Assembly: GCF_001194135.2 (NCBI RefSeq)
Contig: NC_068987.1
Coordinates: 103,761,669 to 103,801,908, forward strand
Direction: 5' to 3'
Length of the DNA stretch: 40,240 nt
Source of the DNA: Octopus bimaculoides
Taxonomy: Eukaryota
Position 1 is the stretch's first letter. Every line of letters starts with the position of its first letter. This document shows positions 22,006 to 32,810 of the stretch, in pieces. The notes beneath the pieces were generated by a model, which worked only from the letters and a program-made list of their open reading frames with translations, was not told the DNA's origin and searched no databases. A program made the translations under genes and the position numbers.

Positions 22006-22414
22006 AGAAGAGACCGATAGAATAAGTACCAAGTTTCAACAGAAAGAGAGAAAAACAGTTCTGGGATCGATTTGTTCCACTAAACTAATGGTCCCATGGT
22101 TCTCAACTCTCGTTTTCCTATGGACTTCTTTGATTCCTATTTTATTCTTGTAGACCTCGTTGTTATTCGATGTTTTAAAAGACTTTATTCTCTTTTTAAA
22201 ATTAATTATTATAGGGAACTGTATAAAAAAATAATTAGATATGTTTGTGTATTGTAGAAGCATAACCAATTAATTGCACATAAACTTAAACAACAAAATC
22301 TTACGTGAAGCCTCAAGGGTCCATGAGCCACGATTAAGAAACTCTGCACTGTACCCTTCAAGGTAGTACCTCAGCATGACTGCAATCCAATGACTGAAAC
22401 AAATAAAAGAAAAA
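22006..22414 (+). mobile_element. SINE family A 3' half, split by a MITE
   Basis: gagaccgatagaataagtacc...ctgggatcgatttgttccactaaa (to 22084) resumes at cttcaaggtagtacctcagcatgactgcaatccaatgactgaaacaaataaaag (22356 onward). Confidence 0.7.
22094..22346. mobile_element. Degraded hAT-like MITE inserted in a family-A SINE
   Basis: Left end catggttctcaac...tatggac and right end gggtccatg...ttaagaaactctg resemble CAGGGGTTCTCAAC-type termini. It separates two consecutive SINE segments. No TSD is recognisable. Confidence 0.5.
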
Positions 22415-22511
22415 ATATATATAAACACGAACTGTCAGTGGTCTCCACTGGTTCCCGACATCAAAGAGTTTAGCACTGTAACATTCCCGGAATATGAAGA
22501 TATTTGTAGGG

Positions 22512-22917
22512 GTAGGCGTGGCTCTCGGGTAAGAAGTTTGCTTCTCAACCACATGGTTCCGGGTTTGGTCCCCAGTGCATGGCAGCTTGGACAAATGCTT
22601 TCTACTGCAGCCTCGGTCCGACCAAAGCCTTGTAAGTGGATTTGGTTGACGGAAACTGAAAGAAACCCGTCGTATATTTGTGTGCGTGCGTGGGCGCGCG
22701 TGTGTTTGTGTTTGTTTCCCACCAATGCTTGACAACTAGTGTTGTTTTGTTTACGTCCTCGTAAGTTAGTGGTTCAGCAAAAGCGATAGTTAGAATAAGT
22801 ACCAGGCTTTACAATAAAGAGAGATGTACTGAGGTTCATTCATTCGACAAAGAGCTCTTCAAGATGGTACCCCAGAATGGTTGCAGTCTAATGACTGGAA
22901 CACGTAAAAGATAAAGA
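22512..22917 (+). mobile_element. SINE family A, full length
   Basis: Head to tail match with an internal TG tract. Confidence 0.88.
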
Positions 22918-23169
22918 CATTCAAAATGAATGCTATCAATTGTCTCAACTTAACACATATTACGCTTTCAGTTATTCAAACACAAATCGAATATCAAGTT
23001 AAACACATTACACACATGGTTGCGCGCGCGCACTTGCACAAACAAACACACGCGCACACACACACACATACTCACACACTCACACACACAGACATACGCG
23101 CGCGTGCAAGCACACACGATATTAAACGCAGTGTGACACAAAATTAAAACGTGTACTACACATACATAC

Positions 23170-23243
23170 TGAAGCAACAGACTGAATTCGATTGACGGCC
23201 GCCATGGGAACATAGAATTTGATATACTGGTGCTCGAGAATGA
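23170..23243 (-). CDS. Exon 7 (74 nt, phase 0->2 in this model): SFSSTSISNSMFPWRPSIEFSLLL
   Basis: Acceptor gctattttttcacaag|TCA, donor TCA|gtatgt; a unique island between CA microsatellites. All three frames are open, so the frame is inferred from the neighbours. Confidence 0.6.
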
Positions 23244-23469
23244 CTTGTGAAAAAATAGCACACACGCACACGCGCGCGCGCTCACATACACATACATTCG
23301 CGTGCACACACATATACGCACACAAATATATATATATATATAAATATAAACATATGAATGAATACAAATGTGTGTATATTAATGCTTGCTTTTTTTTTTT
23401 TTGCTCGGCTATATAATAGACAATTTTACAATAATCTGATGGTTTTCTCTATTCTTTTGCAGAGTACAA

Positions 23470-23603
23470 ATTTATTATTCGTATACAAGAGTGTTGTTGA
23501 CAGTAACTTCCAAGTTTCGGCCAGCTAAGCAAACCATCGATAGCTTAGCTAGCCGAAACTTCGAAGTCACTATCAACAATATTCTTGTATAACCATAATA
23601 AAT
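23470..23603. other. 134-bp hairpin (61-bp arms, 12-nt loop)
   Basis: 23470-23530 pairs with 23543-23603 with few mismatches. Confidence 0.85.
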
Positions 23604-23799
23604 ATGTGTGTATATGTCCTTGCCTTCGAAACGCAGAGTAGATGAAACAGGGACAACTGACGATGGGGTATACTCTTTATGTTGCATGTCTCGTTTCTCT
23701 GTTTGTTTTTTTCGTTGTTCAGAATATGTTCGTTTTCTGTTTTCGTTTTTATGTTTTCGTTTCTCATGTGTTTAACGTTTTTTTTTTTTATGTCCTGTA

Positions 23800-24255
23800 C
23801 CCATATATGCATGTATGTATACATACAGATGTAGGTATGTATATATATATGTATGGATATATGCATATATTTATATATTATTTATATATATATACATATA
23901 TATAGGGAGAATTCACAAAAAAAAACAAAAGACGAAGACAGGTGGTGTAGACAACAAACAGATGTATTAGTATAACGCTCGGGAAGTGAAAATGTCTTTA
24001 ATGTTTCGATCCTACGCTCTTCCACAGAAAGGAACACAGAAAGAAACAAGGAGAGAAAAAAAAGAATGTGTAGTGGCTAATATATATATGCATGTGTGTG
24101 TGTGAGTGTGTGCATTTACACACACATACACACACACGCATGTATGTATGTGTGCAATATGCAGATATGTGTGTGTGTACATATATGTGTATATTTTTTG
24201 TCGCCAACACAACACGCCAACAGACTGGGATCGCATACACACACACACACACACA

Positions 24256-24300
<45 letters not shown>
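23800..24300. repeat. (TA)/(TG)/(CA) microsatellites flanking the 23904-24080 element
   Basis: Direct reading. Confidence 0.85.
23904..24080 (-). mobile_element. Penelope-like terminal-repeat fragment (tentative)
   Basis: Non-SINE interspersed-type sequence between microsatellites. The minus strand contains TGGAAGAGCGTAGGATCGAAACATT, a degenerate hammerhead-like core of the kind carried by Penelope-like termini. Confidence 0.4.
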
Positions 24301-24511
24301 GCGTACAAACACCCGCGCAGACATACAAAGATGGCACTATTATCCTAAATGATTTTGTTGATTATCTCTGAAAATTAAGAAATTGTTGTACCCCCAACGC
24401 CACCACTTCTACCGCATCAACACCACCACCGCTATCTCATCAACACCCTCATTTCCGCCAACACCCCCACCATCTTTGCAAGTATTTCCCCCTATCAACA
24501 CCCTAACGATG

Positions 24512-24698
24512 TAGGCTCTATGCGGTCAATCGCTTTGCTAGAAATAGCAATCATATTCCTTCAGATGATAAAAAGAGAGGAAACTTTAGCCAATGTAATT
24601 GCTTGATGTGCAAAAAGAAAAACATGTTGGTCACGGCCGGAATGCCTGAGGTATAGGCCTCCCCGATCAGGGATGGCTTTGGGCCAAACAAAAGTAAC
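24512..24698 (+). mobile_element. Interspersed repeat family D, diverged
   Basis: The 5' part (tgcggtc...gctagaaatagcaa.ca.at) aligns with 18505-18590; the 3' part aligns with 12889-13000. Confidence 0.5.
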
Positions 24699-24699
24699 T

Positions 24700-25157
24700 A
24701 TCGCCGTGCACCACTACCACTGTTATAATCACTACCATCGCTAGCACTGCAATCACTCCTCCTACCACTACCATTTATACCGCCAATGCTACCACCATCA
24801 TCACAATCACCAACTCCTCAACCATCGACATCATTATCGCCAACACCACACTCACTACGATAATCTCCAACCGTTATGACGCTTACTACCTCCACCAACA
24901 ACAACAACATTACCGCCGCCAACACCAGCACCAGCACCATACCACCCACCACCACCACCACCACTACCACCAACATCAACATCAACATCAACACCACGTC
25001 CTTCTCTCCACCGAGTCTATGTTGGCCATAAACCAATTGTTGTTTCTCTCAACTGCTCTTGGCTCACAACCAAGTATATGTCGACATTGGCAGCGCTTTC
25101 TTAACCAAGATTTGACCCGCTGGTGTCACACTATTGTCAATGACATGTCATTCATAC

Positions 25158-25203
<46 letters not shown>
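24700..25203. repeat. ACC-rich low-complexity tract and (GTA)n (25158-25203)
   Basis: Direct reading. Confidence 0.8.
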
Positions 25204-25452
25204 TCTTTTGCTTCTTCAGGGGCTTTTTTAAGTGGGCGGTGGGGTAGGGGTTTTATACGCCATACCGGATTGTTTATAGCAAAATCGAAATCTATATATT
25301 CTTACTGAAAATCGATATACAACTATAGTTTTTTGTAGGGTTTATTTTGGGTCTTTTTTAAGTGTTCTCTATATTCTGTGTGCATATTATTGATGTTTGT
25401 GTTTTATGTGTGCGTGTTTGTACGTCTGTGCCTGTATATGCGTGCGCGAGTA

Positions 25453-25485
<33 letters not shown>

Positions 25486-25499
25486 GGGGGGAGATGAAC

Positions 25500-25536
<37 letters not shown>

Positions 25537-26420
25537 NNNNNNNNNNNNNNNNNNNNNNNNNNNNNNNNNNNNNNNNNNNNNNNNNNNNNNNNNNNNNNNN
25601 NNNNNNNNNNNNNNNNNNNNNNNNNNNNNNNNNNNNACCCAATCTACATTTTACTACCAGTTCTTTTCCTATTGTTCTTGGTTTTTGCACTAAGAAATTC
25701 ACGAGAGTCAACTGTCACTCTTATGTTCTATTGTTGAAGTTAACATTCTGAGAATAAGAGATGGAAAATCCTTTCTCTAGCCTGACCTAATTTTCTTTCT
25801 TTTTTTTAATTTTTTTACTAGCTTCCGCTAGTTTTACTACTTTCACCACAGTTTAAAAGAAAGGGTAACCCCCATTCTGTTAACACAAAAGGCTACTTGC
25901 ATCAGTCTGTGCTTTGACGAAGATACCAACCAACACCTCCCAGTTACACCAAATGGTGTCATTGCATCAAAGAGTGATAGCAGAAAGGTTCGTTGCGATT
26001 CCTTAAATTTGTAATTTCAACACTTGGTCTGAGGACTTTCCCTCTAGTGATAATGAGATAGGTTCATCTCCGTTTGTGACCCGAATCAAAATCGTTTCTA
26101 TCTCTTTGGTCACTTGGTGCCTTGCTAAAAAGCATCTATTTCTCTCTCTTCACTTATGGATTGTCATCGCGCACCAATACAACTTTCATTCTATCTACTT
26201 ATCAGCCCAGAGAAGTAAACTCTCTCTCTCACTCTTTCTCTCTCTCTCTCTCTCCCTTTTTCATCAGTCTTTTAGTTGTCAACTAAAGATGAATTTAACT
26301 ACCTACAGAATGTACAGCAGAATCATTGTACTACAACTCGAAGAAGTTGCGTCTTACATTGTAACGATATGATAAAGGGTCATTTCAGTTAATGGTAATA
26401 ATTTTCGAATCAAGTTGGTT

Positions 26421-27328
26421 TGGCTGCCAGCATTTCAAAAATTAAAGTTTACCGAAAATTTTTAAATTCTGCACAATAATATACTTTTCCAAGCTGAATT
26501 GCTGGAGTTATTTCACTTTTTCCAGAAAAATATTTTTTAAATGTTATCGAGGCTTAAAGTTTGATCATTTGCACCCAGTCAGAAAACAAGATTCGGAAGC
26601 TGTCATTATGTTGTGCGTGACTACACATTTTGTTGCCAACATATTGAAAATAGCACGTGTTGTCAATATTTGTAAACAACACGTGTTATGTAGTTTGAAG
26701 CATTTAATATGCATTTAATGCGATAGCACGAATTTAAAAGATTTATCCAAAAAGAAAACATTTCGGTTCGCAGAGGTCCACTTGTTGAGTGTGGGTACCA
26801 TCTTTCGGGCTAGAAAGAGAAAAAAAAAGAAAAGAAAGAGTAAACAACATGTCTTTTGTAGTTTTAAGCATTCAATATGCATTTAATGCAATAGCACGAA
26901 CTTAAAAGATTTATCTAAATACAAAATAGCACATAACATATTAGATATTTTTAAAAATCAAATATTTTGTTGACTAGTTCATTGAAAACGAAAGTTAAAA
27001 ATGCATTCAATGAATTTCTAGAACACATCACAATTTTCATGTCTCCTGCGCTACATAAATTCATATGCTCAATTGTCAACAGATAGGTAAAACAAGTGGT
27101 TTTAACATATTTGTCAACACGTGCCTTCTCGCATACAAAATAATTCTCATGTTCTACTTGTTATGGAAACAGGCATGAATGTGTCTGTTGCTTACGATTG
27201 GCTAAAATTACCAAAAGTTTCCAACTTGAATTGCTGATAACTCTTTATTTATTGAATTATAACAAAAATGATTTTCACGTCGTTCATTAGCCAATAATCA
27301 ATTCGAACAGAATTGATGCTGGCAGCCA
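26421..27328. mobile_element. ~910-bp non-autonomous TIR element, superfamily unresolved
   Basis: Perfect 13-bp TIR TGGCTGCCAGCAT (26421-26433 / 27316-27328). Both subterminal regions align with 21192-21897. Confidence 0.75.
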
Positions 27329-27450
27329 GTGTTGAAGCCACTTCGATTAGGTAGATCTGGATTTCAAGAGATCAGCATTATCAAACACTATGTCAAGCTG
27401 ATTTTACCAGAGATTTATATCATGGAAACACCTGTTTGTGGAATGCTTAC

Positions 27451-27547
27451 TGACGTTAAAACCTTTTCACCCGCGACCATCCCATCATGCTTTTCGTTCT
27501 TTGTGTTTTCAAATATGGTGTAGTTAGAATTGTGTCTCTTTTCTATT
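27451..27547 (-). CDS. Exon 6 (97 nt, phase 2->0): (R)IEKRHNSNYTIFENTKNEKHDGMVAGEKVLTS
   Basis: Acceptor ttctattatttgaag|AAT, donor TCA|gtaagc. Only one frame is open, in phase with exon 5 across a 407-nt intron. Confidence 0.7.
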
Positions 27548-27954
27548 CTTCAAATAATAGAATATAATTAGGGAAAAGAGATGGATGTTATTCTTAACAG
27601 GTTGAATAATTTTGTTGAGGCTCTCGGGCTTCGTCTGTTATGTTGGGGAATATTTGTTCTGATTTAGAGGGTTTATTTTGTATATTTTTCATTTATTTAC
27701 GTTCAAAGAAAATTTTACATAGCTGTGAGACATAGGTTTCGCATTCATAAAGCGCTTCGACTTATAGACGGCTCGTCGATTTCTAATATAACCTCTTTTC
27801 GAAATGGAGATAGAAAGACGGTACAGCCAGTTAAATTTGTAAACAAAAATATATATTCTCCAAGTATTAGGTAGGACGGGTTTTCACACTTAGATCAGTT
27901 CCAGTTAGCAATTTTTTATGACCCTAACCAACGAACGGGGAATCCAATGCTTAC

Positions 27955-28081
27955 CGTATGTATTGTAGGTATCGTTCAAATTGCGGACAGGGACTGAAGA
28001 CCGCTTCTATAGAATTCATAAAGGGCTCCGGGTTAAGTGAGTCTACGCAATTAAATGGTGGGTCCTGGAACAGCCGGGGTC
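27955..28081 (-). CDS. Exon 5 (127 nt, phase 1->2): (G)PRLFQDPPFNCVDSLNPEPFMNSIEAVFSPCPQFERYLQYI
   Basis: Acceptor ctactcctgtttatatag|GAC, donor ACG|gtaagc. Only one frame is open. Confidence 0.75.
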
Positions 28082-28630
28082 CTATATAAACAGGAGTAGA
28101 TGATGCAAGCTTTCCATAGCAGAGCAGGCAAGGAACCTAAAATACTCGGGGTCTCTTATGTACGTATGTACGTATATCGATTGAGCTTGCTTAGAGCGAA
28201 ACATATGGCCGTTTATAACGAATTACTTTCATCTAATGCAATACATACTGCTTTCGATTACTCACTCCATCTCAAGTTCTTTTATGTAAGAGTAGCTTCT
28301 AATTCATAACTAGCCTTTCAAATATATGTATGAGTTTGTGTGTAGCTATGAGTACATGTTCTTTGGACACACAAATATATGCATAATGATAACTTATCCA
28401 GTTTAACACTCCTACCAGCCCCTTCGGTATCTAAAGTAGAGTTCACTCTGTTGCACGAATTCGTATTAACTGCCTGTCATCAATTGTGACTGACTCTTCG
28501 AAGCTTTTTTTATGTCTCAGTCAAGACGGGAAAGAGTAACGCTCATGTCCCTTCATATGGCCTTCCAGTCTAGAGACAGCTAGCCTCAAACTGGTAATCT
28601 GTTCTTCTATACTTGCAAAAGAATGCATAC

Positions 28631-28667
28631 CTTTAAGGTTATCCAAGGCATTGTTGGTACTATTAAA
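28631..28667 (-). CDS. Exon 4 (37 nt, phase 0->1): FNSTNNALDNLK
   Basis: Acceptor ttagttttgtgatcag|TTT, donor AAG|gtatgc. It bridges the phases of exons 3 and 5. Confidence 0.55.
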
Positions 28668-28930
28668 CTGATCACAAAACTAAGTCTACCTCCCAAGAAC
28701 AAATGCAATCCATCCGACGAGCTCCGCACAATTTCTGCAAAGACAGTTTCATTCACAAGACTTTGCTCGCTTGAAAGTCATTTCAGAAGACACTGGCCTA
28801 AGTTGCCGCGTCGGGCTACAGGATTAAGAAGCGAACCTCTAAACCACATGGCCATGCTTGGCCTTTACTATTTTAAAACGACCAGTTATCAAAACAACAA
28901 ATTTACACGTATACTACCATTCAGGTGCAA

Positions 28931-29309
28931 GGGTGGCTGTGTAGTAAGAAGATGGATTCCCAATCACAAGCTTCTGGGTTCAGTCCCACTGCGTGACCCC
29001 TTGTACATGTGTTTTCTACTATAGCCTCGGACTGATCAAAGCTTTGTGGATGGATTTGGTAGACGGGAGCTATCGTGTGTGCGTGCGTGCGCGCGTGCGT
29101 GTGTGCGTGCGTGTGCGTGCACGCGTGTTTGTAACAACCGGTGTTAGTGTTTACGTCCCTGTAACTTAGTGGTTCGTCAAAAGAGACCAATAGAATAAGT
29201 ACCAGGCTGAATGAAAAATAATTACTGGTATCGATTCGTTCGACAAAGAATTCTTCGAGGTGATGCCCCAGCATGGCCGCAGTCTAATGACTGAAACAAG
29301 TAAAAGATA
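28931..29309 (+). mobile_element. SINE family A, full length
   Basis: Head to tail match with an internal (GTGC)n tract. Confidence 0.88.
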
Positions 29310-29628
29310 TTTAGAAGAGTTTGTTTCGAATCCTTTTAAACGGTGTAAATGGTCATGGTCGCATAGTAGCGTGAGAGGAGACTTTATGATTGAGATGCCG
29401 TTTCAAGTCATTTCCTCTGTTTTAACCAACAGCTCATTGTGTATTTATGTCAGTCACTGTTGTTGTTGCTATTATTATTGCTGTGTATTTGTATGTATGT
29501 GTGTTGTGTTTGTATGTACGCGTTTGTCGTCTATTGTAATTATATAACCTTTAGCTACGCATTCGTATGTCACACAATATTTGCAACAAGGTTTCAGGTT
29601 TATCACTCAGCTCATATTTTCCAGTTAC

Positions 29629-29674
29629 CATTTCATAGTAAATATGTGTTAATATATTTTCCTGATATTGCTCT
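29629..29674 (-). CDS. Exon 3 (46 nt, phase 2->0): (L)EQYQENILTHIYYEM
   Basis: Acceptor cacctaacatttccag|AGA with a CCTAAC branch-like motif, donor ATG|gtaact. Only one frame is open and it matches both neighbours. Confidence 0.65.
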
Positions 29675-30321
29675 CTGGAAATGTTAGGTGGGCGGAAAGG
29701 CTTATTTCATTTTTTTTTTTTTGCTCTTTTCCTATCCTATTTTCCTTTCTATTTTTTTTTTTTTTTTTTTTTTTTTTTACAGTATTGTTGGAGCTTACAT
29801 GTTAATATATTTCTTCTTTTCGCAAATCTTCATTGAAAATCTTTCTTTCTCGAGTTTCAACAACATTTATTACTTCTTTGCTCTTTATGTCAGTTGTCAG
29901 ACGGATTTTTTTTGTAAATTAAAAATACTTGTAAAAATACACAAAGATTGTTTTGTATAGATTTTGTTTGTCTGGTTCCTTGTTTATTTTTTACTTACAT
30001 TTATTTCTATATTTATTCTTTTCTTAAAATTACTGAAACTTTTGTGTCAATGACTGTGTAAGTCGTTTTATCGTTATGTTGTTTGTATTATATCATAATT
30101 GACATTGTATTTTATTTTATGGTTGATATTCTACAAGAATATAGTTGATATTGTACAGTATTATAATTGATGTTGTATTGTACTAGACTTCATACTGTAC
30201 TAGTGTGTAACTGTTATTGTATTATATGTCATTATATATGCTATTGTATTGTAATTGATGTTGAATGATATTATAATGATATTGTACTGCATTATATTAT
30301 AGTTGGAGGGTAGTAGGTTAT

Positions 30322-30453
30322 TAACGGTATTTGTTCTGAGTTCAAATCCCACCGAGGTTACCTTTGCCTTACATCCTTAAGTACAGGTATCGATGATATC
30401 GACTAACTCCTTTCCCTCAAAACTGCTAGCCTTGTACCAGTGAAAAAAATTAT
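30322..30453 (+). mobile_element. SINE family B, partial
   Basis: ttctgagttcaaatcccaccgaggtta.ctttgcctt.catcc...aaactgctagccttgtacca. Confidence 0.7.
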
Positions 30454-30473
30454 AACTGATATTACATTTCATC

Positions 30474-30688
30474 ATATTTGTTTCAAGTTTTGGCACAAGG
30501 CCAGCAATTTCGAGAAAGCGGGCAAGTTGTTTACATTGACTCCAGTGTTCAACTGGTACTTATTTTATCGACCACAGAAGGATGAAAAGCAATGTCGACC
30601 TCGGCGGAATTTGAACTCAGAACGTGAAGACGGATGAAACACCGCTAAGCATTTTGTCCGGCGTGCTAACTATTCTGCCACCTCACCA
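30474..30688 (-). mobile_element. SINE family B, full length
   Basis: Reverse-complement match. Confidence 0.88.
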
Positions 30689-30722
30689 CCATTTTGCATC
30701 TCTGGACACTTCACCGAATTAC

Positions 30723-30841
30723 AGCTCAAGGGCAAACGGGAGCTCAGCCAAGAATAAAGACGAATCTAAGGGAAGTTCACTTCGAACAAAAATTATGGGT
30801 GCCGCTCGCACTTGGCTGTACATATTATGCAGCATGAAGGT
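30723..30841 (-). CDS. Exon 2 (119 nt, phase 0->2): TFMLHNMYSQVRAAPIIFVRSELPLDSSLFLAELPFALE
   Basis: Acceptor ccgtttcattccaag|ACC, weaker donor GCT|gtaatt. An in-frame TAA immediately follows the donor. An alternative acceptor (tacag|) lies at 30815. Confidence 0.6.
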
Positions 30842-31071
30842 CTTGGAATGAAACGGTGGTTAAAGGCATTTGAATCATTCGACTAGTACTAGGGCTATGA
30901 GATTTTCCTCCCTCCTCCTATAATACTTAAGCAGCATTGTGAAGTCTGAAGTCTTTTGGAAAACTGAGGTATAATTGACTAATACCCTCCCCAAAAGATT
31001 TTAAAGCCATCTGGCTTATAGCAGAAAGGGTTATATCACAGTTAATGTTACACATGATCCAATGCTACCGA

Positions 31072-31285
31072 GGACGACTTTACCACTCATCTTCTCGGGA
31101 TCGATAAAATAAGTACCAGCTGAATACTGGAGTCGATATAATCGACTTATTCCCTCTCCCAAAATTGCTGTGTGCCAAAAATGTGAAATCAATATTATAT
31201 ATAATCCCAAGACGGCAAGCTGAGAATCGATAGAACGACCTCCCTAAAAATTGCTGGCCTTATGCCAAAATTTAAAACTAATATT
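31072..31285 (+). mobile_element. Two adjacent family-B fragments (3' half 31072-31196; head-tail fusion 31211-31285)
   Basis: tcgataaaataagtaccagctgaatactggagtcgat..., then ggcaagctgagaatcgatag fused to ccctaaaaattgctggccttatgccaaaattt. Confidence 0.7.
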
Positions 31286-31384
31286 GTATTATATTACAGC
31301 TGATGTTATACGATATTACATTACAATTGCTATATTATAATTGATATTGTATTATATCATACTTAAAATTGGACAATATCATAA

Positions 31385-31761
31385 TTACCTCCATCTTAGC
31401 GAAGGCAGAGGTATTATTTTCAGTCGTATCTGTTTGTTTGTTTGTTTGTCTGTGCATAAGATATCTCAAGAACCACTGGATGGATTCAGATGAAACTTAC
31501 AGAGATGTTTGGCTTTGTGCCTGGCACGAACTGATTAAATTTTGGGATCGATCCGGTACCGGACAAGGATTTTGGATTATTTTTCCGGTTTTTTTTTCAC
31601 TTAATCTTTGAGAGCGGTCGGGTTCATTTTTAGTATTCTCGTTTGTGAGAGCAGTCGAGTTTATTTCAGATATTCTCATTTAAAAAATCATCTCTGGCTA
31701 ATCGTTGAGAGGACATTGGTATTGCCCTGGCGGAGGTTTGCGCTCTTTGGGTGCTCTTGTT
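31385..31761 (+). mobile_element. Non-autonomous Helentron-type (DINE-1/HINE-like) element
   Basis: 5' TT-ACCTCC...AGAGGT stem, then a (GTTT)n/GTCT microsatellite. The 3' end has a subterminal inverted repeat GGCGGAGGT, a short stem-loop GCGCTC-TTT-GGGTGC and a terminal TT. Confidence 0.75.
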
Positions 31762-32102
31762 CATTATTAATATCGTATCATGCTATAGCTGATATTGTGC
31801 TTGTGTTTGTCGATATTAAAATGTACATATCGTTACAAGTGAAGCTTTATATTGCCCTTTCATTATCTTATTGATATGCATAATAATTATCATTAGTAAC
31901 GTTACATGGTAGAAAATCATATTTGAATTATATTATTCCATTGCTGATATCATGATATATTAGTTATATCATAGTTGATATTGTATTTATTGTTTTACAT
32001 AGAGATTGTACTATGTTATACTATAGTTAATATCATGTAGACTGTATTATATTTTATTGATACTATAGTTAATAATGTAATATGTCTAGCTTGTATTATT
32101 TT

Positions 32103-32300
32103 GACAGAATCGTTAGCACGCTGACCGACAATATTTACCAGCATTTTTCCATCTTTATATTCTGAGTTCAAATTCCGCTGAGGTCGACTTTGCCTTTCAT
32201 CGTTTCAGGGTCGATAAAATAAGTACCAGTTGAGTCGACGTAATTGACTTACCCTCTTCCTGAAATTGCTGACCTTGTGCCAAAATTTGAACTCAATATT
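32103..32300 (+). mobile_element. SINE family B, near full length
   Basis: Head to tail match with a small internal deletion. Confidence 0.85.
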
Positions 32301-32747
32301 ATATTGTATATAGATTGTACTATATTATACTATAGTCAATATTGTATTATGTATGTATACATATTTATACGTATATTTCTTTTATTATATTATAACAGTT
32401 GATATTGCATTGTATCGTACTATACATTTTATTGTATAATATTAAACTAAACGTACTTCTGAATGTCAATTCATAAGGTATCTTTTCAATAACCTATATT
32501 GCTTTTCCTTCATTTAATTCGAAATTATTGTTTCTGTAATTCGTTTAGTAATATTTATTGTATTTTTTATGTCTTATATCCAAAGCAGAAATTTTCTTAT
32601 CTCCTCTCAGGTTATGTTGATGTTGTTGTTACTGCTACAGTTGTTTCGTTTTTATAGTTCAGTTCATCTGTTTGCCATAATGATTTCTAACTTTCTCACC
32701 TTAACGCAAAATTTCATAAAGAGCTCCTCAGTCCATTAAATCAATCC

Positions 32748-32810
32748 TAGGTATTTATTTTATCGACCTCGAAGGGATGTAAATCTAAGTCAATTTCGAC
32801 AGGATATGGA
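32748..32810 (-). mobile_element. Degraded family-B core fragment
   Basis: ggtatttattttatcgacctcgaagggatgtaaa.ctaagtcaa. Confidence 0.5.

Noticed and set aside
23170-23205. ATGGCGGCC start giving MAAVNRIQSVAS inside exon 7
   Set aside because: It is in a different frame from the chain, exits in phase 0, and I found no matching downstream exon.
23545-23570. GAAAC-TTCGAA-GTC palindrome as a hammerhead stem III
   Set aside because: No CUGANGA box upstream, and the sequence is explained as one arm of the 134-bp hairpin.
25068-25130. 63-nt minus-strand exon candidate (VTPAGQILVKKALPMSTYTW, phase 2->2)
   Set aside because: Weak acceptor, and the phase is incompatible with exon 6 (exits in phase 0).
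25880-26130. Broken minus-strand reading frame (RHQVTKEIETILIRVTNGDEP...)
   Set aside because: It needs a frameshift, lacks a clean donor and resembles nothing I know.
28690-28734. 45-nt minus-strand exon candidate, all frames open
   Set aside because: Not needed for the chain and uninformative on frame. It could be an optional phase-0 cassette, but there is no independent support.
29800-29930. Protein-like minus-strand stretch LTTDIKSKEVINVVETRERKIFNEDLRKEEIY
   Set aside because: All frames between the candidate acceptor and donor contain stops, and there is no recognisable homology.
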